A stretch of 64,000 nucleotides of DNA from Octopus sinensis (lineage: Eukaryota), in contig NC_043005.1 in the NCBI RefSeq assembly GCF_006345805.1, positions 101,618,001 through 101,682,000 on the forward strand, read 5' to 3'. Shown here piece after piece: positions 25,735-38,864 of this stretch; within the stretch, counting starts at the first letter, position 1, and every line of letters begins with the position of its first letter. The notes beneath the pieces were generated by a model. It was given only the letters and a program-made list of their open reading frames with translations. It searched no databases and had not been told where the DNA came from. Made by a program: the position numbers and the translations under genes.

Positions 25735-25905
25735 GGATTAGATGAAACAGAGGCGACTGAAGAAGGGGAATTTTCCTTGTGTTGTATGACCTGTACTCTA
25801 TTTTTTCGTTGTTTAAGAAAAATGTCCATTTCCTTGGTTTTGTGTTTATGTTTTCGTTTCTCATTGTGTTCGACATTTTTTTGGTGTCCTGTACTCATAT
25901 ATGCA
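25735..25905 (+). repeat. Interspersed repeat family F (second copy at 62431-62600)
   Basis: Shared aacgcgg..tagatgaaacag...ctgaagaaggggaat.ttccttgtgttgtatg...ttttcgtttctcattgtgttc. Confidence 0.75.
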
Positions 25906-25979
25906 TGTATATATACATGTAGATGTAGGTACGTACATATATGTATGTATATATGCATATGTTTTATTTATTTATTTGT

Positions 25980-26045
<66 letters not shown>

Positions 26046-26056
26046 GTCTTTTGTCA

Positions 26057-26435
26057 TCTTTTACATTTTTCAGTCATTTGACGGCAACCATGCTGGGGCA
26101 CCGTGTTGAAGACGCTTTGCATAACAAATCGACCCAGCCCTTATTTTTAAAAGCTTAGTTCTTGTTTTATCGGGTAATTTTGCCGAACCGCTAAGTTACG
26201 AGGACGTAAATACACTAAACACAGACACGAAGACACAGACACAGATGAGACATACACACACACACACATATACGACGGCTCTCATTCAGTATCCGTCTAC
26301 CAATCCACTCACAAGGTTTTCGTCGCCCCTAAGCCATAGTAGAAGACACTTGCGCGAGGTACCACGCAGTGGGACTGAACCCGAAACCATGTGGTTGAGA
26401 AGCAAGCTTCCCACCACACAACCACGGCTGTGCCT
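26057..26435 (-). mobile_element. SINE family A
   Basis: Family homology. Confidence 0.88.
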
Positions 26436-27699
26436 CTAGATACTCATATTAGGTACTTGAATAGGTGCAAGCGCACACGTATGTATGTAATTGTGAGAGA
26501 TCTATGGACATATTCAGATGAAAATGTGACATAAAACCGTATATACATGTTATAAAATATCATCTCTCGTACAACATACATACGTACCTATACATATATG
26601 AGCGCACGCGTACATAATACGCTCGTGTATATTAGTATATGCGCACAGACGAAGAAAGACACTCACACAGGAATAGGTTTATCACTTGTCCTCTTTGCTG
26701 AGATCATGAGATCATTTAATAATAAAGTATCCCATACATTGCTACCTAAAAGAACAATAACTCCGTTTTCACCTCTCTAGACCTCATTACTCTTATATAA
26801 AAGTCCTCAAAGGAAACTAGGGAGACGGTATTGCGATGCCAGCTACGGACGCACAGCTGAATTGAAAGTCGATGTCACTGCTGGGTAAAGGAACAGCTCT
26901 GAGAACAATCACTTTTAATATAGACTCAACAATGACAATACCAATATCTGTAGAGGTGTGTGTGTGTGTGTGTGTGTGTAGTGTATGAGTGTGTGTAAGT
27001 GTTTCGCTTTCTTGCCAAATGATTGCTTCGAGATAATCCATTTTACATTGACAACAATTGTAATAAACATTTTCCTTTCTAGTGTAGTTTTCTAATCCCA
27101 GAACACATTTGCTCACACATACGTACGAACATTTGCATGTATGTATGTATATAAGTATACACAAACACAGTTACACACTAGCACACACAAACACGTATAT
27201 ATACACATATACATATATATATATATATGTATATATAAATATATATATCTACGTGTGTGTATATATATGTTTATAAATATATGCATATATATTCATATAT
27301 AGACACAAACATGCATGCACACGAGCATATATGCGAATGTAGATACGTACTTACTCGGAATTATAGGTACATAATACGCCTACCTACATACTTAATCAAG
27401 CGCTTGTATGGATGACGCCAACATTTCTCGTCATGGAGTCGAAGGAAAATGACTTTGATTATCAAGAGAATTTCACGATTTGAAATGAGTATTTATATGT
27501 CAAAACATAGAAACAGTTCTGACAGAAAAATTTCTCTCTCTTTCTCTGTCTCCCTCCCTCTCTCCCTCCCTCTCTCTGTCTCCCCCTCTCTCTCTGTCTC
27601 CCTCTCTCTGTCTCCCCCTCTCTCTCTCTCTCTCACGCACACACACACTCTCTCTCTCTATCTATCTATCCATCCATCCATCCATCCATCCATCCATCC

Positions 27700-27819
<120 letters not shown>

Positions 27820-28538
27820 AATCGCTCATCTGTCTATCTACTTCCCTATCTACCTATATTATCCAATCCGTTTTCGATATAAATTTAGACCGTTGCAATT
27901 TCGTTTCAATACTTGCATTTTTCCTGTAAATGGAGACATCTCGAACACAGGTAATAAATAACAATGAAGGAAGGTTTAGCCTCGATGGACGGGAGGACGA
28001 TTTTCGACGATGCTTTTACTTGGAATGAAAATATATATCATGATTTGTTTGATGCATTTACTAATTATAGCGATGTTGAGAGAACGTGGTAAAATTTAAT
28101 AATATCAACAGAAAAGAGGCTAATGGTATCATCAGAACATTACACGCTCGCACACATACACTCTGATTCATATATACATATTCCTGTACATAAATGCATA
28201 CTCGTTTTTCTTTTTCTTCTCTCTCATCGACTGCAAAGCCATACACAAACTCTATATGCCTATCTTAGGTGTTCTCCTTAGATAGGCAGTGGTCTTCTTA
28301 ACTTACAGTTTTGCTTTTGAGTTTCGTGCTTTTTGACCTTTCTACTCTTTTAGACTGGTCATTATTTGGTGGATAGTCAGGTAAATCTTTATTTCTTTAT
28401 TTCTTGCGGCAGTATCACCTTCGTTGTGGTGAATTCGGCCTGATGACTAGCTACGCTAAGGTGCTCTCGTTGCGTACGACTTACATAATGAATAATGAAT
28501 TTCATGAATTTCAGCTAGTTATATATATATATATACAC

Positions 28539-28650
<112 letters not shown>

Positions 28651-30320
28651 GCATATAAGTCTGTATGGATAGATATTCTTTTCTAGGGATATACTATCCA
28701 AGCTTACACCAGTTTAGCTCTATATCGATTAACTTAACGGTACTGGGAAATTTTACTCACACACACACACACATATAGATATGCACATACATTTACAACG
28801 ACCCCTAACGAGACAGTTGCATACATGCATTACGACGTTGTTACCTCTTCTTCAGCAACAGAGACCCAAAAGACAGACTCTGGAAACTGACATGTGATAT
28901 GCGATCCGCTTACGATATTTCCGTCAATGACTGGTTGCGTTATACAGTGGCATGCCCGGGGACACCATAAGAGGGATCAGTCTCTCGTGTCAGTTCTCAG
29001 GGTCTGCCTTTCGGGACTCTGTAGCTGAAGAGGAGTTAACCACTCCCAAAATGCATGTATCAAACAATCTGATTAGGTAGCGCTGTGAAGTGACACAGTG
29101 TATTTAAACCTATTTGTTTGCAGCGAGAAATTTTCTCTATGACAAAACACAAGAATGGCCTTCTTACGAGTTCGAATACACATGAAGCATATTTGAATTG
29201 GTAACAATTTATGCACATCACTGCTTGGCGCTGTCACCTCGTATTAACCAAAGTATTAGATATCCATTCGGTTTCGCACTGAGTATTTAACCGGATCTCA
29301 GATAATATGTAATTCTTGCCAGAGTTGGCAGGTATGTTAAAGAAATATGGCAACTTCTCACTGTTATTGGATGTGACACTATATACGGTTTGTGGGTTCG
29401 CCTCTTTTATCCCCTTATCCCGAGAACTCAGCAAAAAGTTTAACCAAAATACACACAAAGAAACAAACAGACATCCGGCACCCATAGCCTCAAAGATCCT
29501 ATACACGTAAAACTCCTAATTAGTGGAGGCACACGTCCAGGTGGGGGTCCCTATACGTCAAGGAAACCGGGAAACCAGGCATGGCTCGAGAAGGAACAAA
29601 CAATACTCCTAATTGCATTCCAAATTTGCATGAACGCCAACCCCTTACCTCTACACGCATTTCAGAAAACTCTTGTAGACCTTATGGGTCCAGGGACTTA
29701 ACTTTTTATATAACCCTTGTTTAGTTCGCTTTGTTTATTTTTACAGCCCCCACAAACTGGATGTGGTTTTCTACTTCTAATAACGGAAAGCAGTAGCCAT
29801 ATTTCTTTGCCATATCTTTTCCATATCTCCTCTGCCGAATATGTATTACATAACTGTGTTGTTATCTTCCATTCAATTTAATACCCAGAACAAAACCGAT
29901 CGATTAGATCGTCCGTAATGGTTAAGCAATATTATACATTTCGATTTATATTTATATAGTTGTATGCCTCCCACACATATTTATTGAAGGAGATAGAGAA
30001 AGAGATAGAGAGTGTGTGATTGAAAAAAGATCGGAAAAAGAGAAGTGAATAATTCTTGACAATTCCCTTCATGTTTGCATTAACTTCAAAATCTATAAGT
30101 TGCTGTCGAGTTTTTCTATTCTGTATTGTTTCACCGATTGCTAAGCGAACAAAATCATTCAAATTGCCTTACTCAAGAGAAAAAATTTCAATGTAGGTAT
30201 GAATAGATTTTGGGCGATCTGAGTTAAGCGAATACGTTCTAAGATGAAGGAATCTAGCTCGGTGTTCGACATCAACGCCGCTGAACCACGTTTGTTTACT
30301 CCACACTGATGCTACGTATC

Positions 30321-30702
30321 TCTTTTTCTTTTACTTGATTCAGTCATTTGACAGCAGCCATGCTGGAGCACCGCCTTTATTCGAGCAAATCGACCCCAGG
30401 ACTTATTCTTTGTAAGCCCAGTACTTATTCTATCGGTCGCTTTTGCCGAACCGCTAAGTTACGGGGACGTAAACACACCAGCATCGGTTATCAAGCGATG
30501 TTGTGGGGGACAAACACGGACAGACAAACATATACGCACACATACATACATACAGTTTCCGTCTACCAAATCCACTCACAAGGCTTTGGTCGGCCCGAGG
30601 CTATAGTAGAAGACACTTGCCCAAGGTGCCACGCAGTGGGACTGAACCCGGAACCATGTGATTGGTAAGCAAGCTACTTACCACACAGCCACTCCTACGC
30701 CT
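30321..30702 (-). mobile_element. SINE family A
   Basis: Family homology. Confidence 0.9.
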
Positions 30703-30967
30703 ATGCATACATGAATATCTTTACATATGCGTATGGTGCTGTATACGCGTACCTGTAAAGCTATGTCTGCACACCACACTCATCTTTCTACAATTCTAAC
30801 TCTGAATCTAAATACATTTGGAAACTGAACATCAGTTTCAACAAATTCTGCTTGACCCATGCAAGCATAGAAAAGAGGATTTTAAAATGGATGATGATGA
30901 AAATTTATAGTTAAAGGTAAATGTGAACATTTACCATTAACTTAATCACATTATAAATGTGAACAGT

Positions 30968-31270
30968 GGAGGTGTGTAGCTTAGTGGTTAGGGTGTTGGA
31001 CTCACGATCACAAGATTGTGGTTTCGATTCCTGGACTGGGTGATGCATTGTGTTCTTGAGCAAGACACTTCATTTCATGTTGCTCCAGTCCACGCAGCTG
31101 TAGAAATGAGTTCCACTAGTGGAGGCGTGTTGCTTAGTGGTTTGGGTGTTGGATTCACGACTGTAAGATTGTGGTTTCGATCTCTGGACTGGGCGATCCA
31201 TTTTGTTATTGAGCAAAACACTTCATTTCACATTGCTCCGGTTCACTCAGCTGTAGAAATGAGTTTAACC
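30968..31270 (+). mobile_element. Tandem pair of tRNA-head SINE fragments
   Basis: Two copies of tagtggtt(t)gggtgttgga...gattgtggtttcgat..ctggactggg...gagcaa.acacttcatttca. Confidence 0.8.
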
Positions 31271-32341
31271 TGGGGAGGGATGGGTTCCACCAGGCTTTCT
31301 TGCCATAGATATGCTGCATGGCTGAAGCATCCCAAGACATCATCGACTACACAAACCGAGTCATTATTGAAAACACTCCCTCCAAGGAAGTTACTTAAAT
31401 CGGCACAGGTCTTCAAGATGTCAAAGAAATAATTCCAGATTTTATCCAAATACGAACGTAACCAAACATCTAAAAATCTCCAATTATAGACATGGATAAA
31501 CATTCCTAGTAGCACGGATCATTGGCCAAATAACTGCTATGTTGTTCTGTAATGCTTGGTATAGATGGCCACTGCAAACATCCTGCACAGCGGTAATTCC
31601 GCTCATCTTACATAAATGATGAGTACAGAAGCTCTTTCTACGAGGAAATCGATAGCTCCTCGTGGCTGACTGCCCCAAACCATTATCACACAGCTAAAAC
31701 TCATAACGAAAATCGACAAATTTGACAGGAACAATGTTATGTGTTTCTGGAATCTCTAAGCAAATTCATCTATAGCGAGAAATTCTGTGTAGTGATTTAG
31801 TAAACCTTTAAATTTAAAGAATTCATAAGCTCTGTTACATATATTTGGTGAAATTCTTTTCTGTTTGTACATTACTATCGGTTAGTTCTATAGAAATGGA
31901 AAATGCATCCATAATCTTGGCGTGTCTCTGATCTCTGGGATCGGTGAGATGGAACCAGTTAACATTCCTCTTGAACAGCTGCAAATCTACGGCTGATGAA
32001 AGAAAGAAAAGAAAGAAAGATAAATTAAATAAAAACAGAAAGGGGAACGAAGTTGGAAATTCCAGGAAGTTATCGTTCTGGGAAGAAAAGACTAGAAATA
32101 ATGGTTAGTGCGGTGTATGGAAGTGGAGAAGCTGAAACTGAAGAAAGTAGGTGTATATCAGAAGTGCTTGAGTGGAATTGCATGAATCCAGCGACCCACA
32201 AGGACAGAGACCCGTGTAGTAGCGATAGAAAAGAGAGGTAAGAGATTGCAATATGTTGCTAGGCAAATTCACCAATCACCTGGATAGCCTCCTTTTGATT
32301 TGGAATACTATGTCTGTATGAGTATCTATAGCACCGTCTCA

Positions 32342-32575
32342 TAAGGCGGCGAGCTGGCAGAGACGTTAGCACGCCGGGCGAAGAGCTTCGCGGTATTTCG
32401 CCCGTCGCTACGTTCTGTGTTCAAATTCCGCCGAGGACGACTTTGCCTTTCATCCTTTCGGGGTCGATAAATAAAGTACCAGTTTCGCACTGGGGTCGAT
32501 GTAATCGACTTAATCTTTTTGTCTGTTCTTGTTTGTCCCTTCTATGTTTAGCCCCTTGTGGGCAGTAAAGAAATA
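32342..32575 (+). mobile_element. Full-length SINE family B with a 15-bp TSD
   Basis: TATAGCACCGTCTCA at 32327-32341 and at 32576-32590. Confidence 0.93.
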
Positions 32576-32884
32576 TATAGCACCGTCTCAAATGTGCGAG
32601 CGGTACTTTATTATGGGTCTCTTCTGAGTTTATATAACGTTTGTAGTTATCGTGGTGGTGAATCAAGCTAAAGTATTTTCCCTTTCTGACAACAAATACT
32701 AGCTCTACTTTACTGATATACGTCTGGCTATGTTTATGATGTGTGTTTACTAGTAAAGACCTTCAGCGACGGTGAATCCATAGCCTTGTGATGGATTTAA
32801 GAACTACCCATAACGTAGTTCTCAGGGAGATTCAGCGTGAAACAGTATGTGGAAAGGCTGGCTTTTTGAAATTCGGGTACTTGT

Positions 32885-32985
32885 CATTGTTGCTAGAGCA
32901 ACATGAAATAAAGTGCTGCCGGTTATCGAACTGACAACCTTACGGTCGTAAACCGAACATCCCCAACCACTAAGCCACGCACCTT
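32885..32985 (-). mobile_element. tRNA-derived SINE head fragment
   Basis: Minus strand: gcgtggcttagtggttgggga...cgtaaggttgtcagttcgataacc. Confidence 0.6.
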
Positions 32986-33725
32986 CACAACACATCATAA
33001 ATAAGAAGTAGTAAACAAGGTGCATGCAACGTACAAGTAATAAAGACAGGAGTCTGGTGCCAAGACAGATAAATAAAGTCAACTTAAACGGATAATTGAC
33101 AATATTGAACAAAATTGTGAAAAGATGTAATTTATACACATTGAAGACAGGACACATCAGCGGGATATCATACGGTATTATAAATATTAATCAATAGAGT
33201 ATCATATGATATTAACAATAATTACAGACTAAATAAGTGAAAAATAAAACGAATACACAACCATAGATAACAACTAGAATTGCTCACGTGGCTGTAACGG
33301 AGAACATGAAAACATAGAAGAGAATCAACCTCGAAGCTAATCCACGGAACAGGAAATTAGCAGCAAGGTGAAAAGGTGTATGGCATAAGGCGTATAAAGA
33401 AAATATTAGCGAAAATAAAGACAAAAAAACAAACAGAAATAATAACATGATATAAAACCATGAATTAATTAACAATTAGTGTAAGAGAAACAAAAGATAA
33501 TTAAAAATGCAAAGGGCACATCTTTAAGCATAAATGTCTTGATTTAGAACAAATTAAACAATTGAAATAAAATATAAATTCACGAAGTATTGTAAAGAAT
33601 TACAAGGAATTGAGCAAAGGCGTCTCTCGGATGGTCACTTTAGATTTTAGATATAATAGCTAAATCACCCTCAGAATATTTATATCAATGTAGATTGCAA
33701 TAGGGGCACGAATACTCAAATGCAC

Positions 33726-33758
<33 letters not shown>

Positions 33759-33762
<4 letters not shown>

Positions 33763-34157
33763 CGTATATTTGCCATCTCAATATGGCTAACCCCTAAGGG
33801 TGGATGATACTGTAGTTTTTAGCCCCAGGAGGACACACTCCTCCAGCTGGCCATAGACACACTTTCTGTGTCCTGTCAGTATTTGCAAAGGGAAGTCATC
33901 CTTCCCGTCTTCAGCTTATGATACACACGGACTCGAGTTTCGAGGTATTGACCTCTCGTCAGCGTGTGACAATCATAGTTGTCGGCGAGAATTAGATCTC
34001 CTTCACAAATACTTATACTTTTTCCAGCGTCCACTGTCGCTGATATTGAAAAAGTGAAATCAAACAATGATAAATATCAAAGTGAGTTATATACAGTAGC
34101 GGTAACACATCGTGACGTATATTTGCCATCTCAATATGGCTACCCCTAAGGGTGGAT
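33759..34157 (-). mobile_element. Retrozyme-like element: ~353-nt monomer plus a 46-47-nt terminal direct repeat, flanked by (TA)n
   Basis: gtgacgtatatttgccatctcaatatggcta(a)cccctaagggtggat at 33759 and 34112, with an internal HHR. Confidence 0.85.
33924..33968 (-). ncRNA. Canonical minimal type I hammerhead ribozyme
   Basis: cacacg-CTGACGA-gagg tcaata cctc-GAAAC tcga GTC-cgtgtg. All core nucleotides are intact and stem III is palindromic. Confidence 0.92.
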
Positions 34158-34190
34158 ATATATATATCCATGTCTATATATATATATATA

Positions 34191-34468
34191 TATGAATTTT
34201 TTGCGTAATGAGATAGAAAAACCAAGGCTATTAGAGCATTTATAGATAGAAGGTCTTACAGCTGTTTCTAAGATATTAATTAATAATAAATAATATCCCT
34301 TCATCGGAGACGGCGTGAGAGGAGAAACCTTTCCTCTCATACCGTCTCCGATGAAGGGATATTATTATTAATCAATATTCTAGAAATAGCTGTAAGACCT
34401 TCTATCTATAAATGCTCTAATATCTATACAGCCTTGGTTTTTTTATCTCATTACGCAAAAAATTCATA
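34191..34468. repeat. Fold-back of a short HHR-like element (family G; single copy also at 50615-50712)
   Basis: ~135-bp inverted arms centred near 34330. Confidence 0.9.
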
Positions 34469-34606
34469 AATACACACACTGACATAGAACGAACGTTGAA
34501 CCCTTTATTCGCAATATTACCGAATCTGGAACTTAACTATGGTCTTTCTATAGCACTTATTCAGCATTACCTGATACCTTTGGGTCTCAATGACACCATT
34601 ATCTCT

Positions 34607-34641
<35 letters not shown>

Positions 34642-34774
34642 TATATATATTCAAACATAACAGAAGAAAATAGACACCTCATGAAACATTGTTTTCTGTT
34701 TATTCTGACTTGTAAAGGTTTATATTTCATATTACATGACATTTTTATGTTTCAGGCTCTGTGACTACTTACTC

Positions 34775-35131
34775 ATGCCATGTACAAAAGAAGCCTTGGA
34801 ACTGTCTCAATTTCAAAGAGGCTGTATTGTGGGTCATTCTGAAGGTGGACGTAGTCGGCTTAAAATCGCAGAAAACCTTAGGATTCCGCTTTCTATAGTT
34901 AATAGAGTGATAGTGCAATTCGCCAGGGAGGAGAAGAAGTCCCCATCACCTCGCCCGGATCAACCACGGCCTTCTGACAGGATCCTTCCCTTTGTTAAGA
35001 GAAGTATGGAGGATAATCCTCGTTGCAAAGCTTCTGACATAGCAGAACAAGTTGATGTCAGACCTAGAGCAGTTGTCAGGTATCTCTATAAGCTTGGTTA
35101 CTATGGCAGTGCAGTAAGAAGGAAGCCACTT
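34775..35131 (+). mobile_element. Tc1-like transposase N-terminal (HTH) fragment
   Basis: ELSQFQRGCIVGHSEGGRSRLKIAENLRIPLSIVNRVI...RYLYKLGYYGSAVRRKPLL. Confidence 0.85.
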
Positions 35132-35333
35132 CTTCTTTCATTTGATTGCGGTGGCGATGCTTGTCTTGTAGTTGTTAGTGATGGTAATTGGTGTTTAGAT
35201 CAAGGAATATATTACTTCGAGAGAGGGATATATCATACATGTATCACATACACAGTAAGAAGGAAGCCACTTTCACTGGTATTTGAGTACTCTTTTTTCC
35301 ACCTTGTTTCACATTTATACGCTTACTTCGGTG

Positions 35334-35373
<40 letters not shown>

Positions 35374-35607
35374 TACATATATATATATATAGGGAAAGTT
35401 TACGAAAAAAACTAAAGATGAAGACAGGTGGTGTACAAAACAAACAGATGTATTAGTAAAACGCTCAGGAATAGAAAAAAACTTTTACGTTTCGAGCCTA
35501 TGCTCTTCTACAGAAAAGGACAGAGAGAAAATAAGGAGAGAAAAAAGGAGAGAAAAAATGTGTGTAGTGGCTAACGATCTATCATGGCGTATATATGTAC
35601 GCACAAT

Positions 35608-36025
35608 AAGGCGGCGAGCTGGCAGAAAGGTTAGCGCGCTGGGAGAAATGCTTAGCGGTATTTCGTCTGTCGTTACGTTCTGAGTTCAAATTCCGCCGAG
35701 ATCGACTTTGCCTTTCATCCTTTCGGGGTCGATTAATAAAGTACCAGTTTCGCACTGGTGTCGATGTAATCGACTTAATCCCTTTCTCTGTCCTTGTTTG
35801 TCCTCTCTGTGTTTAGCCCGTTGTGGTTAGTAAAGAAATAGGTACTTCGTTTGTCGTTAAGTTCTGAGTTCAAATTCCGCCGAGATCGACTTTGCCTTTT
35901 ATCCTTTCGGGGTCGATAAATAAAGTACCAGTTTCGCACTGGGGTCGATGTAATCGACTTAATCCCTTTGTCTGTCCTTGTCTGTCCCCTCTATGTTTAG
36001 CCCCTTGTGGGTAGTAAAGAAATAT
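35608..36025 (+). mobile_element. SINE family B with a duplicated body
   Basis: Family homology. Confidence 0.9.
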
Positions 36026-36385
36026 ATATATGTACACACACACACGAGTGTATATATGTGTGTTGATATAACTTACGTCGGTAATCTTTACAAAGCATAG
36101 GAATTCACTCGAGAAACGACGTAACACAAAAAAACTATTTAACAAAATTTTTTTGCTTACATCAGCTTAAACAACTGATGTGTCTATATTTTCACGTGCA
36201 TTTTGTCAGATTTTCAGCTTTATTATTAGTTGTTTAGTGTTTTTTTTAAGGTTTTGTACTTTTAAATATATTAGCTGATGCCGACATAAAGTCGAACAAG
36301 ACGTAACGCGAAACAACATGAGTTGAGATACGCTTCTCCCTCCCCACCTCTCTCTCTCTCCCCTCTCTCTTTCTCTCTCTCTCTC

Positions 36386-36418
<33 letters not shown>

Positions 36419-36485
36419 TCTTTCTCTCTCTCTCTCTCCCTCTCTTTCTCTCTCTCTCTATCTATATATATACATACATACATAT

Positions 36486-36535
<50 letters not shown>

Positions 36536-36540
36536 TATGT

Positions 36541-36730
36541 GTGTGTGTTTGTGGTTGTCCCCCATCATCGCTTGGCAACCGATGTTGGTATGTTTACGTT
36601 ACCGTAACTTACCGGGTCGGTGTAAAATAGGCCGATAGAATAAGTCCTGGTGTCGATTTACTCGACTAAAAAGGCGGTTCTCCAGCATGGCCGCAGTCAA
36701 ATGACTGAAACAAATAAAAGTAAAATAAAA
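36541..36730 (+). mobile_element. SINE family A, 3' half
   Basis: Ends in ccagcatggccgcagtcaaatgactgaaac. Confidence 0.85.
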
Positions 36731-36734
36731 GGGG

Positions 36735-36767
<33 letters not shown>

Positions 36768-36840
36768 CATATATACGTAAATATATATACATATACAAAC
36801 ATGAGTATGTGTCTGTATATATGTGTGTGTATAGATATAC

Positions 36841-36888
<48 letters not shown>

Positions 36889-36913
36889 GTATATATGCAT
36901 TCATATCTGTCTG

Positions 36914-36950
<37 letters not shown>

Positions 36951-37714
36951 GATATAGACGGAAATATAAGAGCAGGAGAGATGATGAGGTTAGACATACA
37001 GAGAATATATGCATACAGTACATACATATATACACACATATATGTATGTATGTATATGTGATATATATGATATATCCCTCTCTCGAAGTAATACATTCCT
37101 CGGTCTAAACACCAATTACCATCACTAACAACTACAAGACAAACATCGCCGCCGCAATCAAATGAAAGTAAACAGGTTTTATAGGCACCTTGCCAAGTCA
37201 GGTCTGGTTTTGGCCTGACGTTTTCCTGGTGTCGGGTTTGGCGTTGGTCTGATGTGGTCTGGCAAAGTCAGATACCACGTTTCTAGGCAACCATCTTGCT
37301 TACAACTCCTTTCTACTTTACCCGTCATCTCTGTTGTATTTAGACTAACGTAACATAGTCATTTATTTAGCCATTAATCTGTTTATTCATCCATCCATGA
37401 AATGTAACCGTCTGTCATTCACAATATCTATTTGGCCATCCGTATCATCACTCATCGGTCTGCAAATATATATAACCATTATTCCTGAGTATCAATTCCA
37501 CAATCATTATCTCTAGCAACATTTACCGATTGCCCTGGACAAAGGAGTATTGTTGTTGTCCATGTGTTGTTGTTTAACCCCAAGTCAGCTGTGTTTGAGT
37601 AGACCGATGGCCAATAGGGTTCACCTTCATTTCTAGGTTCTCAGTTTTAATGCAACCTTTTAAAGACATCGTAGGGTGTCGACTACATCCATTTGACTAC
37701 AGGAATATATTCAT

Positions 37715-38040
37715 TTATTCTTGTACTTGTTTCAGTCATTTGACTCCGGCTATACTGGAGGACCCCTTAAGAATTTTTAGTCGAAGAAATCGAACTCAGG
37801 ACATTACGTAAACACACAGACACCCACACACATACATACATATACATACACATCCACCGCCCCAACTCCCCCCCCCCATATATATACACAACTGGCTACT
37901 TTCAGTTTCCGTCTACCAAATCCACTCACAAGGCTTTGGTCGTCTCTAGGCTATAGCAGAAGACAAGTTGTCACGCAGTGGGACTGAACACGGAACCATG
38001 TGCTTGGGAAAGAAGCTCCTTATCATACAGCTACGCCTGC
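37715..38040 (-). mobile_element. SINE family A (degenerate)
   Basis: Family homology. Confidence 0.75.
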
Positions 38041-38046
38041 ATCAAT

Positions 38047-38116
<70 letters not shown>

Positions 38117-38864
38117 TATACGGAGAGTTTATGAAAAAAGACGAAGACAGGTGGTGCACAAAACAAACAGATGTATTAGTATAATGCTCAGGAATAGAAA
38201 AAGTCTTTTACGTTTCGAGCTACGCTCTTCTACAGAAAGAACAAGGAGAGAATATATATATATATATATAATTGTGAAATAGAGAGATGAATAATCTTGT
38301 AGTAGATTAATCAAAAGTTTAACCGATACATTGGTAGAAAAATCACAGCAGTAAACAGCACGGTTGGAGGTACAACCATATGGTGTTGCAACCGTGCGTT
38401 GGTGCGGATAATTGAAATTAAAATATTATTGGTGAATTGAAGAAATGGAGCTGAACGCCGACGTGAATCTTATTCTGCTAGGATTAGTTTCTGAAATTAG
38501 AACTGCGTTCCTGTCACTATATTCGTTCCGAGACCTGCAGCCGCTTACTACTCTATTTTCCACTACGTCACTATTAACTATTGGAATAACCCCTGATTCT
38601 CCACTATCTATCAGAGTGCTGTCATTGCTAGTGCCCGTGGTGCTGCTATTGCGGGAAATGATGCTGGGGATGCTATTGGGGCTCTCTACCCTACTCCCAT
38701 TGTTACCGTCAACCACAACACCCCTATTTATAACTATACCCTTAGTGGGTACTCCCTGGCTGGAGCTGAGATTATGTGTCACTGTACTGGCTCTCATATC
38801 ATTATTACTACTATAATTATTCCTACTGAGCATTAAACCGGGAGCGTCGGCGAACTCCAAGATC

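Noticed and set aside
31290-31680. Overlapping ORFs suggestive of a decayed retroelement
   Set aside because: I could not assign a diagnostic motif by eye.
36270-36310. ctgatgc-cgac ataaa gtcg-aac motif
   Set aside because: A9 and one A of GAAA are missing and there is no stem I. At best a fossil.
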